A DNA stretch of 64,000 nt, from assembly GCA_963835575.1 (NCBI GenBank), contig CAWIGG010000004.1, positions 416,001 through 480,000 on the forward strand, in the 5' to 3' direction. A model generated the notes under the pieces. The model searched no databases. It was not told where the DNA came from and saw nothing but the letters and a program-made list of their open reading frames with translations. Position 1 is the first letter of the stretch, and every line of letters starts with the position of its first letter. The stretch comes from an uncultured Spirochaetota bacterium (GTDB lineage Bacteria > Spirochaetota > Brevinematia > Brevinematales > JAOACQ01). Shown here piece after piece: positions 40,232 to 51,148 of the stretch. The position numbers were made by a program, and so were the translations under genes.

Positions 40232-41368
40232 TTAAACCATGCTTTTTATAGCCTCAACAACCTTTGTCATCTCCTCTTCCGTATTAAAATATCCCGGACT
40301 AAGACGCACTGTTCCCGCCGGGAAAGTGCCGAGGATTTTATGCATCGTGGGGGCGCATTGGAGGCCGGGCCGGACGGCGGTGTCGAACTCGCTGTCTAAT
40401 ATGGCGGCAGCTTCCGTTGGTGAGAGCCCTTCAATATTCAAGCTGACAATCCCCAGGCCTGTATTTATATTTTCAGAAGTGTATAGCTTGACTTGATTGA
40501 TTGATTTTAAGCCGTCAATGAGGATATTCTTCAATTTTCTTTCCTTCGCGAGGATATTATCCATCCCTGTCTGATTGATAAAGTCCAGTCCGGCCCCCAG
40601 GCCGATAATGCCGGGCAGGTTTTCCGTACCGGCCTCAAGAAGGTAAGGAAGCTCCTCGGGCTGGAAATCGCTTTCCGATTCCAGACCGCTTCCGCCGACG
40701 CGGTAGGGCTTAATGTCCGTTCTTTCGGACAGGACAAGCCCGCCGACGCCCATAGGCCCGTACAGGGCTTTATGCCCGGTAAAGGCGAGCAGATCGATCC
40801 GCATGGCTTTCATATCTATGGGAAGAATGCCCGCCGTCTGCGCGGCGTCGAGGAGGAAATAGGCTTTAGAATTCTCCCTGACGATTTTGCCTATATCCGC
40901 CGAATTTTGTATCCAGCCGGTGACGTTCGAGGCATGGTTCAGCGCGACGATTTTAGTTTTTGAGGTCAGATACTTTTTTATCTCATTGGGGTTGATTTGT
41001 TCTCCCTGCGGTTTGACGCGGATGATTTTTATGTTTCTTTCCCCGGCCAGGTGGTTCAGCGGGCGGGAGACTGAATTATGGTCAAGAACGGAAGCGATTA
41101 CTTCGTCGCCCGGCACAAGAAGACCGAGGAAGGACATATTCAGGGCATCCGTTGCATTGAGCGTAAAAATGACGCGTTCAGTTTTTTCCGCATGAAAAAA
41201 TTCACTGAGTTTAAAACGGACGTTTTCGACAGCCTGCGAGGCGGCGAGGGAAAGCTTATGTCCGGAGCGGCCGGGGTTCGCGCCGGTTTTTCTATAGAAT
41301 TCGTCCATTTTTTTATAGACGTCTTCCGGTTTTGGAAAGCTCGTGGCTGCGTTGTCGAGATAGATCAT
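40232..41368 (-). CDS. Cysteine desulfurase-family (class V PLP) enzyme
   Basis: YLDNAATS, HASNVTG, DAAQ, TGHK, R.GLQCAP. Confidence 0.9.
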   Translation of the reverse strand: MIYLDNAATSFPKPEDVYKKMDEFYRKTGANPGRSGHKLSLAASQAVENVRFKLSEFFHAEKTERVIFTLNATDALNMSFLGLLVPGDEVIASVLDHNSVSRPLNHLAGERNIKIIRVKPQGEQINPNEIKKYLTSKTKIVALNHASNVTGWIQNSADIGKIVRENSKAYFLLDAAQTAGILPIDMKAMRIDLLAFTGHKALYGPMGVGGLVLSERTDIKPYRVGGSGLESESDFQPEELPYLLEAGTENLPGIIGLGAGLDFINQTGMDNILAKERKLKNILIDGLKSINQVKLYTSENINTGLGIVSLNIEGLSPTEAAAILDSEFDTAVRPGLQCAPTMHKILGTFPAGTVRLSPGYFNTEEEMTKVVEAIKSMV

Positions 41369-41884
41369 AAGCGCTCCTTTTAAGTATTGATTTTAGCTTT
41401 ATATGGGGCATTAATCAAATATTTTATAATTATTGCCGGTAAGTCCTAAGAATGATTAAAAATATCTTGAATAGGAAAAACATACTGAATAATTTTCTTG
41501 GTAATAGAATGGGTGTAAATCCTTTCAATGGTACTTTTTTTATGTTATAATGAGTATAAATGCATCTTTTTAATGTAATTTAGACTTATATAGGTGGTTT
41601 TTGCGGTCTTTTTTAGTCTATGACTGATGGGAAAAATACAAAGGGTTTCATTGGATCGGAATTGCATGTCTTTTCTAACGCGTTCCTTTGATTCAAAACA
41701 ATATCGTATCGTCATAGGAGAAATAATTGTTTAATAAAACCGCTGTTTTAAGGAATGTTGACCTGTCGAATCAGAATTAGTGATGAATGGCTTTAATATT
41801 AAAATATATCTGCAGGAAAAAAAGTTTCAATTGATTTTAATATAATATTGATATTGATATGTTATAATAAAAAGATAATACAGA

Positions 41885-43159
41885 ATGGATGGGAATGTTA
41901 TGCCGATTATAGGTTTATTGTTTGCATTGACACTGAATGTTTCCGCGGTAACGAATACGGTGCAGTTGACTCTTAAAGATTGTTTTCTGAAAGCGGTGCG
42001 GAAGAGCTATGTCCTGGCAAACCAAGGGGAAACGCTCAAACAGGCCGAAGAGCATTACCAGCAGGCCTGGCAGAATTTTCTGCCGTTATTATCTATCAGC
42101 GGGAACGAATATGCTGGAAACACTTTTGCTCCGATGTCGGCGCAGACGAATGCGGGATCTCTCAGGCTGACGCTTTCCCAACCGCTATTCCGTGGTTTTA
42201 GAAGTATATCGATACTGGAACAGTCGAAAGATTTGATGCAGGCGCAGAATAGCGCCAGGGAATGGGCTTATAACCAGTTATATCTGGATACCGCGCAGGT
42301 TTTTTATAATCTTGTCAATATCCGAAAACAGCTGGAGCATCTTCAGAACCAGGTCCAGCTTTATAATCAGCGTATCAAGGAAATCGATGCCTGGGTAAGG
42401 ATCGGCAGAAGCCGTGCCAGCGATCTCTCAAGCGTTAAAGCTGCCCGTGCGCTTTCTTATTCCCAGCAGGTCCAGATGGAAGGTCAGCTCTCAAATGCAC
42501 AGGAATTGTTTCAATTTTTGACAGATATCACCAACAGCGTAACGCTGGTTTCGGAAACGAATTTACCGGATAATACGCCGGACTTAAGCCGGTTTCTGGA
42601 AAATCTGGATGAACGTCCCGATCTGAAAGCGGCTAAATACCAGACATTCAGCGCACATAAGGCAATAGATATCGCGAACAGCGACCGCCTTCCCTGGGCC
42701 GATCTGGGATTGTCTACGGGCAATTCTCAATTGTGGAACAATTCTCCCTGGAATTGGAATATTCAACTTACTCTTACATACAGCCTTTTTGCCGATACTT
42801 TTGTCCAATCGAAAATCCGCGAGGCGGAATCAATCTCCAGGCAGTCGGACGATGTATACCAGCTTTTGTCTGAGGGCATCCGCAGGGATATCCGAGTTTC
42901 TTACGCTGCGTTCATGTCCTATCTCGAGCAGATCAAGAGCTACCGGGAAGCCATTAAATATCTTGAGGACAACTACCGGCTTATGGAACGGGATTACCGG
43001 CTGGGCGCCGTAAAGATCACGGATGTTCTCACTGCTTACAGCTCATATGAAGATTCTGTCCGTAATCTGGACGCTCTTATATTTTCGGCCCAACTGGAAT
43101 GGCTTCAGCTCTGTGTTTATGCCGGCCAGTTTTCGCTGCCTGCGGAGGTAAAATTATGA
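41885..43159 (+). CDS. TolC-family outer membrane efflux protein
   Basis: Signal peptide, LTLSQPLF, RPDLKAA, two OEP-like repeats. Confidence 0.88.
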   Translation: MDGNVMPIIGLLFALTLNVSAVTNTVQLTLKDCFLKAVRKSYVLANQGETLKQAEEHYQQAWQNFLPLLSISGNEYAGNTFAPMSAQTNAGSLRLTLSQPLFRGFRSISILEQSKDLMQAQNSAREWAYNQLYLDTAQVFYNLVNIRKQLEHLQNQVQLYNQRIKEIDAWVRIGRSRASDLSSVKAARALSYSQQVQMEGQLSNAQELFQFLTDITNSVTLVSETNLPDNTPDLSRFLENLDERPDLKAAKYQTFSAHKAIDIANSDRLPWADLGLSTGNSQLWNNSPWNWNIQLTLTYSLFADTFVQSKIREAESISRQSDDVYQLLSEGIRRDIRVSYAAFMSYLEQIKSYREAIKYLEDNYRLMERDYRLGAVKITDVLTAYSSYEDSVRNLDALIFSAQLEWLQLCVYAGQFSLPAEVKL

Positions 43160-46100
43160 CATTATCAGAATTATCCATTAAGCGAAACGTTTTTGCCTGG
43201 ATATTAATTATAGCCTTTTTGCTTTTCGGGCTGATATCTTTTTCAAGATTGGGAGTGAGCCGTTTGCCCGATGTGGACCTGCCTGTCCTGACTGTCCGTT
43301 TGTCTTATCAGAACGCGGCGCCTGAAATTATGGAATCCGAAGTAGTGGACGTGATAGAAAGCGCATTGATGACTGTAGACGGTATCCGGACTGTCACATC
43401 CTCCAGCAAGCGCGGGGGCGCTAACATCACGATCGAATTTGAACTGAATAAGAATATAGATATAGCCCTGCAGGATGTGCAGGCGAAAATAGCTTCCGTG
43501 CAGCGCTCTCTGCCCAGTGATATGGACCCGCCGACCATTTCAAAGAGCAACCCGGAAGACGAGCCTATATTATGGTTAACTCTGGAAAGTGAAACCGCTT
43601 CCAGGCCGGAAATGATGGTTTATTTCCGCGATGAGCTGAAAGACCAGTTTACTAAAATCGCCGGGGTAGGCGATGTGGTCTTATACGGTTATTTTGAGCC
43701 CAATATCCGGGTTTGGCTTTCCGCTGACCAATTGAATCACTATAATTTATCACCTGTCGATATCGTAAATACTCTCAGCTCCGGAAATGTGCAGACACCG
43801 GCGGGGATTGTGAACCAGACAAAAAGAAGCTTTAATGTCAAAACGGTCGGCGAACTTACTTCCGTCGAGTCTTTCAGCAATTTGCTGATCAACCAGCGCG
43901 GCGGGCAGCCGAATTACATTCCCATCAAGCTTTCCCAGGTCGCTTCCGTCGAAAAAGGGACTGAAGACATATTGAGCATAAGCCGGGGGATGGGCAACGA
44001 GGCCGTCGGTTTCGGCATCCTCAAACAGCGGGGCGCCAATGAGGTGAGCGTGGCCCACCTGGTTAAGGACAAGCTTCAGGAACTCCAGAAAATTCTGCCG
44101 GCCGGCATGTATCTCGTGGTTAATATGGACAGCTCCGCTTTTACAGAGGACTCTGTGAACGACATGGTATTTACCCTGGTGCTTGCCGCGGTTTGTACGG
44201 CGCTGGTCTGCTGGCTTTTCCTCGGCAGTTTTTCTTCGACCATCAACATTCTCATGACCATTCCATTTTCAATTATCGGGGCATTCATCGCCATATATTT
44301 CCTGGGTTTTACACTGAATACCTTTACACTCATGGCGTTATCGCTTGTGATTGGTATTGTTGTGGATGACGCGATCATGGTGCTGGAGAACATCATGCGG
44401 CACCGGGAAGCCGGTGAAGGCCTTCTGAAGGCCGCTTTAAGCGGATCGAAAGAGATATCCTTCGCCGCTATTGCTACAACAGTGGCTATAGTCGCCATCT
44501 TTTTCCCGGTGGCCTTTATGGGCGGCGTTATCGGAAGGTTCTTTTACCAGTTCGGAGTAACGCTCGCGATATCCGTTCTGCTTTCACTTTTGGGGGCCCT
44601 GACTGTCACGCCGATGCTTTCTTCCCGCTTTTTGACAATTTCAGAAAAACTCAGCCGTTTCCGGCGGAAGTTCGATTCCCTGCTGGATAAAACTCGCGAG
44701 ATTTACTGGAAGACGCTCGCTGTGACGCTGAAACACCGGGCGACTGTTGTGATAATTTCAATCTTTTTATTTTTGATCAGCCTGTCCACCCTGTTTTTCA
44801 TCCCGAAGGAATTTGCCCCGGATGTGGATGAAGGAAGATTTTCCATTAATATCCGGACTTCAGTAGGAACCTCATTGGATTTTACGGACAGTAAAATTAA
44901 AGAAATGGAAGATATGCTCATGAATCGCCCGGAAATAAGTAGAATTTTCACATTCGCCGGCGGTTCTGATTTGAACAGCGGAAGATTGACAGTGCAGTTA
45001 AAAAAGAAAGGTGAAAGAGGTATTAATCCTGAGACGCACCGGGAATGGACGCAGAAAAATGCGATGGATACTTACCGGAAATTGCTCGCCCAGATCAAAG
45101 GGGTCCGGGCGACCATTCAGGACCTGGCTGCTCAAGTCATCCCGGGAACGGGCGGTTATCCGGTTGAATTTGTGGTCCAGGGCCCGGACTGGAACACATT
45201 GATTTCGAATTACCAGTTCATTACAAACCGGATGATGAACAGCGGAAAATTCCAGGATATTACAACTGATTACCGGGAAGGCGCGCCTGAAGTAGGCATT
45301 GTGCCGGACCGGCTGAAGGCGAATGAAAGAGGCGTGAGTATTTCGTCCATAGCGCAGACCGTCAACATTATGATAGGCAGTTTTGTGGCAGGAGAATATT
45401 ATGAAAACGGCCACCGCTATGATATCCGCGTGAAACTGCGCGACCCTGAAACCGACATTAAGAAACTGATCAAAAAAATTTTTGTCAGGAATATATTTGG
45501 CGAACTCATTCCTTTATCATCGGTCGCCGATCTCGTTGAGAGCCCGCAATTGGTCGCTATTAACCGGATGGACCGACAGCGGGCCATTAAAATCCAGGCA
45601 AATGCAGTTCCCGGCATCTCACAGGACGATGCTCTCAAGCTTGCCGGTAAAATCGCTTCCGATATTTTACCAAAGGGGTATTTTACAGCCTTCTCTGGTA
45701 CCGCGCGGGTATTCAATGAATCTTTCGTAAGCCTTTTGTTCGCTCTTATTCTGGGAATCTGCGTGGCCTATATGGTGCTCGCGGTGCAGTTCAACAGCTT
45801 TATGGACCCGCTCAGTATTCTCATGGCCCTGCCGTTCAGTGTTACCGGGGCATTCATTGCGCTTTTAATTGCCGGTAAATCTCTTAACATTTACAGTATG
45901 ATCGGACTCATTCTCTTGATGGGTATTGTGAAAAAGAACTCGATCATGCTGGTTGATTTTACCGATAAAATCCGGCGGAATGAGAACGCCGGCGTAACAG
46001 ACGCGCTTCTGAAGGCCTGTCCCATCAGGCTGCGCCCAATCCTCATGACAAGTTTTGCGATCCTTGCAGGTACTATTCCGGCCGCGCTCGCGTTAGGGCC

Positions 46101-46257
46101 GGGTTCGGAAACCCGTGTGCCTATGGCCGTTGCCGTAATTGGAGGAGTTCTTGTTTCCACGGTCCTGACGCTGTTCGTCGTACCGAGCGTTTACAGCCTC
46201 TTGAGCCGCTTTGAAGGGAAACATTCTCATGAAGCGGCTTTGAAGAAAATTAAATAA
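43156..46257 (+). CDS. RND efflux permease (AcrB/MdtC-like)
   Basis: GIVVDDAIMVLEN, GIVKKNSI, RLRPILMT; ATGA overlap with the TolC stop. Confidence 0.95.
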   Translation: MTLSELSIKRNVFAWILIIAFLLFGLISFSRLGVSRLPDVDLPVLTVRLSYQNAAPEIMESEVVDVIESALMTVDGIRTVTSSSKRGGANITIEFELNKNIDIALQDVQAKIASVQRSLPSDMDPPTISKSNPEDEPILWLTLESETASRPEMMVYFRDELKDQFTKIAGVGDVVLYGYFEPNIRVWLSADQLNHYNLSPVDIVNTLSSGNVQTPAGIVNQTKRSFNVKTVGELTSVESFSNLLINQRGGQPNYIPIKLSQVASVEKGTEDILSISRGMGNEAVGFGILKQRGANEVSVAHLVKDKLQELQKILPAGMYLVVNMDSSAFTEDSVNDMVFTLVLAAVCTALVCWLFLGSFSSTINILMTIPFSIIGAFIAIYFLGFTLNTFTLMALSLVIGIVVDDAIMVLENIMRHREAGEGLLKAALSGSKEISFAAIATTVAIVAIFFPVAFMGGVIGRFFYQFGVTLAISVLLSLLGALTVTPMLSSRFLTISEKLSRFRRKFDSLLDKTREIYWKTLAVTLKHRATVVIISIFLFLISLSTLFFIPKEFAPDVDEGRFSINIRTSVGTSLDFTDSKIKEMEDMLMNRPEISRIFTFAGGSDLNSGRLTVQLKKKGERGINPETHREWTQKNAMDTYRKLLAQIKGVRATIQDLAAQVIPGTGGYPVEFVVQGPDWNTLISNYQFITNRMMNSGKFQDITTDYREGAPEVGIVPDRLKANERGVSISSIAQTVNIMIGSFVAGEYYENGHRYDIRVKLRDPETDIKKLIKKIFVRNIFGELIPLSSVADLVESPQLVAINRMDRQRAIKIQANAVPGISQDDALKLAGKIASDILPKGYFTAFSGTARVFNESFVSLLFALILGICVAYMVLAVQFNSFMDPLSILMALPFSVTGAFIALLIAGKSLNIYSMIGLILLMGIVKKNSIMLVDFTDKIRRNENAGVTDALLKACPIRLRPILMTSFAILAGTIPAALALGPGSETRVPMAVAVIGGVLVSTVLTLFVVPSVYSLLSRFEGKHSHEAALKKIK

Positions 46258-46443
46258 AGGCTGTATTAAGTCAGAAATTTTATCAGTCTTTCTGTTTTTA
46301 ATCTTAAGCGGTAAATCCATGGCCAGAATTCCGTCCGCCGTCAATAATAAATACTCTCCAGCCTTCTTATTCTTCTTTCCGCTTATTGATAAATTTATGC
46401 TTTTTCATTATCATTAAATACCCAAAAGATAAAGGAAAGCAAA

Positions 46444-47037
46444 ATGGATGTTTTCATATCGCTTGTCGTATTCGGTCTGGCGGTATTTCTCTTTTTTATG
46501 ACCAGGAATAAAATCAAGAACATAAAAGATCATGTTATTATAGAGGACGCGAGAAAGGAGCTGGAAAGCGTCATAGCCGAGTTCAACGGCGCCGCGTCGC
46601 GGAATGTGGAGCTTCTGGAAAGTAAAATTACGGAACTGCAGGAGATGATCAATAAGGCGAATAATAAAATGATCACAATGGATGAAAAGATCGGGCGTAT
46701 GAATAAGCCCATCGTGATTGAAAAAATTGTGGAAAAAAAGGCGCCTTCCAGGAAAGAAAAACAAAAAGAAACAGTTGTAAAAAAAGAACAGCCGGAAAAA
46801 GAGAAAGTGGAAGCTTTAGCCAGACATTCCTATGAAAAAGGAAAAATGCTTTCTCTGAACGAGCCGGAGGAAGTTGTTCGGGAAAAGCCCTTTGTCACGC
46901 CTTTGAACGAAATGTCCCGGAGCGAAAAGCTCAAATACCTCATCAGAACGGGCAAGTCGAAGGAAGAGCTTATGGACCTGGGCTTTATGGAGAACAAGAT
47001 CAACCTGATCTCATTTTTATTAAAAAAAAGCGGATAG
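46444..47037 (+). CDS. Membrane-anchored coiled-coil hypothetical protein
   Basis: N-terminal TM, AAGGA RBS. Confidence 0.65.
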   Translation: MDVFISLVVFGLAVFLFFMTRNKIKNIKDHVIIEDARKELESVIAEFNGAASRNVELLESKITELQEMINKANNKMITMDEKIGRMNKPIVIEKIVEKKAPSRKEKQKETVVKKEQPEKEKVEALARHSYEKGKMLSLNEPEEVVREKPFVTPLNEMSRSEKLKYLIRTGKSKEELMDLGFMENKINLISFLLKKSG

Positions 47038-47331
47038 TTTTGATTTTTTAAATAAACCGCAGACTTTGAGGAAAACCGGATAATCCGCTAATACACGCGA
47101 ATGAACGCGAATGAAAATTGAATGATTTGTAAAATAAATATTAACTTGTTGTGGTTTCGTAAAGTTTGGCGGGCGATCGGATCCGCTAAGCATGCGGAAA
47201 GATGTTAAAAGGAATCGAATAAAAATAAAGCAATATTTAAGTTGGCATGACTTAGCGTGGCTTCGCGGAAGACTATATAATCCATTATATGAGTGAACTA
47301 ATATGAAAATTAAAAATTGAGGGGGAACAGT

Positions 47332-50097
47332 GTGCCGGAAAAAGGGAAAAAAATCATGCTCCTGGACGGGACGGGGCTTGTGTACCGCGCTTATTACGCT
47401 TTTATTTCCCGGCCTCTCACGACCACACGCGGCGAGAACACATCGGCGCTCTTCGGGTTTCTCAAGATCCTTCTGCAGATCATCCGGGATTTTCAGCCCG
47501 ATTCGGTGATCACCGCTTTCGATATTTCAAGGAAGACATTCCGGCAGAGGATCTACGCCCAGTATAAAGCCCAGCGGGAGGAAACCCCGCCGGACCTGAA
47601 AGCCCAGATCCCTTTGATAATCGAAATGCTTCAGTTGATGAAAATCCCCGTGCTTGAGATGGAGGATTATGAGGCGGACAATATCATCGGCGCGCTTTCT
47701 GTAAAGCTCAAAAAAGAGAATGATGTTTATATTGTTTCCGGCGATAAGGACCTGCTCCAGCTTGTCGGCGGCAGGGTGCTTGCCCTGCGTCCCCAGCATG
47801 GGTTGAACGAAGTGAACCTTCTGGACAGTGAGGCGGTCAAGAAAGACTTCGGCGTCTATCCCGGGCAGATCCCCGACTACCTGGCCATAGTCGGCGACGC
47901 CTCAGATAACATCCCGGGCGTGAAAGGCATCGGTGAAAAGGGCGCTTCAGGGCTTCTGAGCACCTATTCCACCCTCGAGGATATCTACGGCCATATTGAG
48001 GACATCAAAGGGGCTATGAAGCAGAAGCTCATTGACAACAGGGATAACGCCTTCCTCAGCAAAAAACTCGCTGTGATAGAGACAGGCATTCCAGTGGAAG
48101 ATGATGTTCTGAAATACCGGCTTGACATTCAGAGTTTTCTCGCGCCGGAAGTTATAAAAAAACTCGAACACTATCAGATCACATCGATCGTTCAGGACAT
48201 AAAAAAGCTCATGCCTTCCGGGCCGGCGGAAAATATTAAGGATGGACTCTTTACAGAGGAAGAAGCGAAACTCGCGAGCGCAAAGGAACTCGACGGCGAT
48301 TATAAATTGATCACAAAAGAAAAAGAGCTGAAAACTCTCATTGAAAAAATAAAAAAGAAAAAATTCATGTCCCTTGATACTGAAACAACTTCTGCCAATC
48401 CGAATAACGCATCGCTTATCGGGATTTCAGTTTCGCTGGAAGAAGGGAGCGGTTTTTTTATCCCCGTTCTTTACGCGGCCGGCCAGGAATTCGATAAGGA
48501 ATTCACGATCAGGCATTTTAAGGAAATCCTGGAAGACGGCTCCATTAAAAAGACCGGCCAGAACATTAAATACGAGATCGAGGTTTTCCGTCAGGAAGGC
48601 ATTATCATTCAGGGCGCCGCTTTCGACACGATGATCGCGGCCTATCTCATCAATCCGACGCGCACGCATAATAACCTTGAAAGCCTTGTGCTGGAATACC
48701 TGGGGCTTAAGAAAAAGGAATACAAGGAGATGCTGAAGAATGTGGATAAAAAAGACAAGACCCTTCTTGATATTCCCATAGAAGAGCTTGTCAAATACGC
48801 CTGCGGCGATTCGGATTCCACGCTCAGGCTGAAGAATATTCTGGAGCCGCTGATTGAAAAATTCAATCTCGGCGGCGTTTTTTATGAAATTGAGGTCCCT
48901 CTTATCGCTGTCCTGGCCGAAATGGAAATCGCAGGCGTCAGGATCGATACGGAAAAACTCAAAAAGCTTTCAAAAGAACTGGAAGTCTCGATGAAAAAAT
49001 TGGAGGAAAGAATCTATCATCTAGCCGGTCATGATTTTAATATCAATTCCCCGTCACAGCTCGGCAAGGTCCTTTTTGAGGAGCTGGGCCTCGGCGCTGT
49101 CAAGAAAACAGAAGGGGGGAAAGCCTCGACGGATGAGGAAGTCCTGTCCGTACTGGCTTATATCCACCCCCTGCCGGCGGAAATCCTGAAGTACAGGACT
49201 TATTCAAAATTAAAAAACACCTATATCGACGCACTTCCCGCACTGATCCTTGAAAAAACCGGCCGGATTCATACCAGTTTTAATCAGACGATCACCGCCA
49301 CAGGCAGGCTTTCATCCAGCGACCCGAATCTCCAGAACATTCCCGTCCGGGATGAGCTCGGCAGGGAAATCCGGAAGGCGTTCATAGCGGACAAAGGAAA
49401 TGTACTCATCAGCGCGGATTATTCGCAGATCGAGCTGAGAGTTCTCGCGCACTTCTGCAGGGACAAGAATATGCTGAAGGCATTCAATCAGAACCTGGAT
49501 ATCCACGCTCATACCGCGGCCCTGGTTTTCGGCGTGAATGAAAAAGACGTGACGCCTGAAATGCGGCAGAGGGCGAAAGGCGTCAATTTCGGCATCATAT
49601 ACGGCCTGCAGTCTTACGGTCTTTCAAAGCAGATCGGGATTTCAATAGGCGAAGCCCGGGAATTCATTCAAAATTATTTTAAAAGCTTCCCGAAGGTCAA
49701 GGCTTTTGTCGATGAAATACTTCTTGAGGCGCAGAATACGGGCGAGATGCGGACTCTTTCCGGCAGGTACAGGAAATTTCCAGACCTTAAGGGAAAGGAG
49801 ATCAAGCCGGATTACCTCAGCGCGTCGCAGAGGATGGCGCTGAACACAAAAATGCAGGGAAGCGCCGCCGATATCATCAAGATCGCCATGATAGAGCTTC
49901 AAAAATATATAACGGAAAATAAACCTGCCGCCCGGCTTTTGCTTCAGATACATGACGAGCTTGTGTTAGAAGTCAAGGAAAAAGAAGCGGATGAGATGAA
50001 AGAAGCGCTCAAGCATATCATGGAGAATGCTTATAAACTGGATGTGCCGCTGGTTGTCGATGTCGGGACCGGGAAAAACTGGGGTGAGGCGCATTAG
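47332..50097 (+). CDS. polA: DNA polymerase I
   Basis: 5'-3' exonuclease (GDKDL, GDASDNIPGV), 3'-5' exonuclease DTETT, polymerase DYSQIELR and QIHDEL; GTG start after GAGGGG. Confidence 0.97.
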   Translation: MPEKGKKIMLLDGTGLVYRAYYAFISRPLTTTRGENTSALFGFLKILLQIIRDFQPDSVITAFDISRKTFRQRIYAQYKAQREETPPDLKAQIPLIIEMLQLMKIPVLEMEDYEADNIIGALSVKLKKENDVYIVSGDKDLLQLVGGRVLALRPQHGLNEVNLLDSEAVKKDFGVYPGQIPDYLAIVGDASDNIPGVKGIGEKGASGLLSTYSTLEDIYGHIEDIKGAMKQKLIDNRDNAFLSKKLAVIETGIPVEDDVLKYRLDIQSFLAPEVIKKLEHYQITSIVQDIKKLMPSGPAENIKDGLFTEEEAKLASAKELDGDYKLITKEKELKTLIEKIKKKKFMSLDTETTSANPNNASLIGISVSLEEGSGFFIPVLYAAGQEFDKEFTIRHFKEILEDGSIKKTGQNIKYEIEVFRQEGIIIQGAAFDTMIAAYLINPTRTHNNLESLVLEYLGLKKKEYKEMLKNVDKKDKTLLDIPIEELVKYACGDSDSTLRLKNILEPLIEKFNLGGVFYEIEVPLIAVLAEMEIAGVRIDTEKLKKLSKELEVSMKKLEERIYHLAGHDFNINSPSQLGKVLFEELGLGAVKKTEGGKASTDEEVLSVLAYIHPLPAEILKYRTYSKLKNTYIDALPALILEKTGRIHTSFNQTITATGRLSSSDPNLQNIPVRDELGREIRKAFIADKGNVLISADYSQIELRVLAHFCRDKNMLKAFNQNLDIHAHTAALVFGVNEKDVTPEMRQRAKGVNFGIIYGLQSYGLSKQIGISIGEAREFIQNYFKSFPKVKAFVDEILLEAQNTGEMRTLSGRYRKFPDLKGKEIKPDYLSASQRMALNTKMQGSAADIIKIAMIELQKYITENKPAARLLLQIHDELVLEVKEKEADEMKEALKHIMENAYKLDVPLVVDVGTGKNWGEAH

Positions 50098-50205
50098 CTT
50101 CATTGATGATGCTTTTTTAAAGTATCCGATTTTTAACACGGATTAGACGGATTCAGGTCGATTGCCGCGGATTTTATTCTTAATAATAATTTGCATATAA
50201 TATTT

Positions 50206-50951
50206 GTTAGCTGAAAGGCGCAGAAAATTGGAGAAAATCAAATGACGAATTATGTTAAAATAATTTCTAATTCTATTACAAATTACGCTTATTTAATCCC
50301 TAAAAATCTTGATATAATAAATGCTATAATTATTCCTATTTTACCAGGGGCTATTACTGGAGCGGTTATTGGTATACTTGTTTTTTATTTTACAAGCTGG
50401 AAAACTGAAAAGAAATTAAGGATAACAAAATCTATAGTTGGTGATGCTCTATTGGCATCGTTCGCCGAAGAAGTTCAAAATGGCATTAACCTTATCGAAA
50501 CATTAGTTGATTTGATTAATATCTATTTGGATAATAGGCAAAAAGAACCAAATAATAAATTTATAATGCCAAAGAAATTTTATATGATGCCAAATAAAAG
50601 TTGGGATGGTATGAAATCTGTTTCAGATGAAATACTAGAAAGAATAATAAAGGTATCAAAAAATATTGAGAATGATATATTTCCACCAAAAGAAATTAAA
50701 ACTCATTTGAAAAATTATTTTGAATTCATTTGCTCAAATGTTAATGATATAAATAAAGAATTGTTATCTTTATCAGGAAATCACGTAGAATCCAACTATT
50801 TAACTGATTGTAAAACATCTTTATCAAACAATCTAGATGCGTCAAGAAAAGTACTTAAAACATTAAAAGTATTGCAAAATAAATTAGTAAAAAATGGAAA
50901 TGAAATATTTCCTAAATAACTTTAATAAATTTTCTGTGCCCATCAACTAAC
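50206..50951 (+). mobile_element. Putative solo integron-type gene cassette (attC incomplete)
   Basis: GTTAGCT core-like site before and AACTAAC inverse-core-like site after a very AT-rich ORF; the ends form a 24-bp IR (20/24). Confidence 0.55.
50242..50919 (+). CDS. AT-rich orphan membrane-anchored protein
   Basis: 225-aa ORF, GGAG RBS, one TM, composition unlike its neighbours. Confidence 0.7.
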   Translation: MTNYVKIISNSITNYAYLIPKNLDIINAIIIPILPGAITGAVIGILVFYFTSWKTEKKLRITKSIVGDALLASFAEEVQNGINLIETLVDLINIYLDNRQKEPNNKFIMPKKFYMMPNKSWDGMKSVSDEILERIIKVSKNIENDIFPPKEIKTHLKNYFEFICSNVNDINKELLSLSGNHVESNYLTDCKTSLSNNLDASRKVLKTLKVLQNKLVKNGNEIFPK

Positions 50952-51148
50952 CAGTGGCTAAAACACTCTGGTGCTCGCCGTTAACGACTGCTCCGCTCCT
51001 CGCCGCGGACTGCCCCCAATTCCCCAGAATCCATCTTGCCTTTCCAGAGTACCGAATATCGGTAATAATGCAGCTTTGACAAAACTAAATCCTAAAAATC
51101 CAACTAATCCGTGTAAATCCGTGTTAACAATCGGATATTACAATAAAG

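Noticed and set aside
41400..41880. Long AT-rich intergenic region as hidden MFP gene, ncRNA or oriC
   Set aside because: No substantial ORF, clear structure or DnaA-box cluster seen; consistent with divergent promoters
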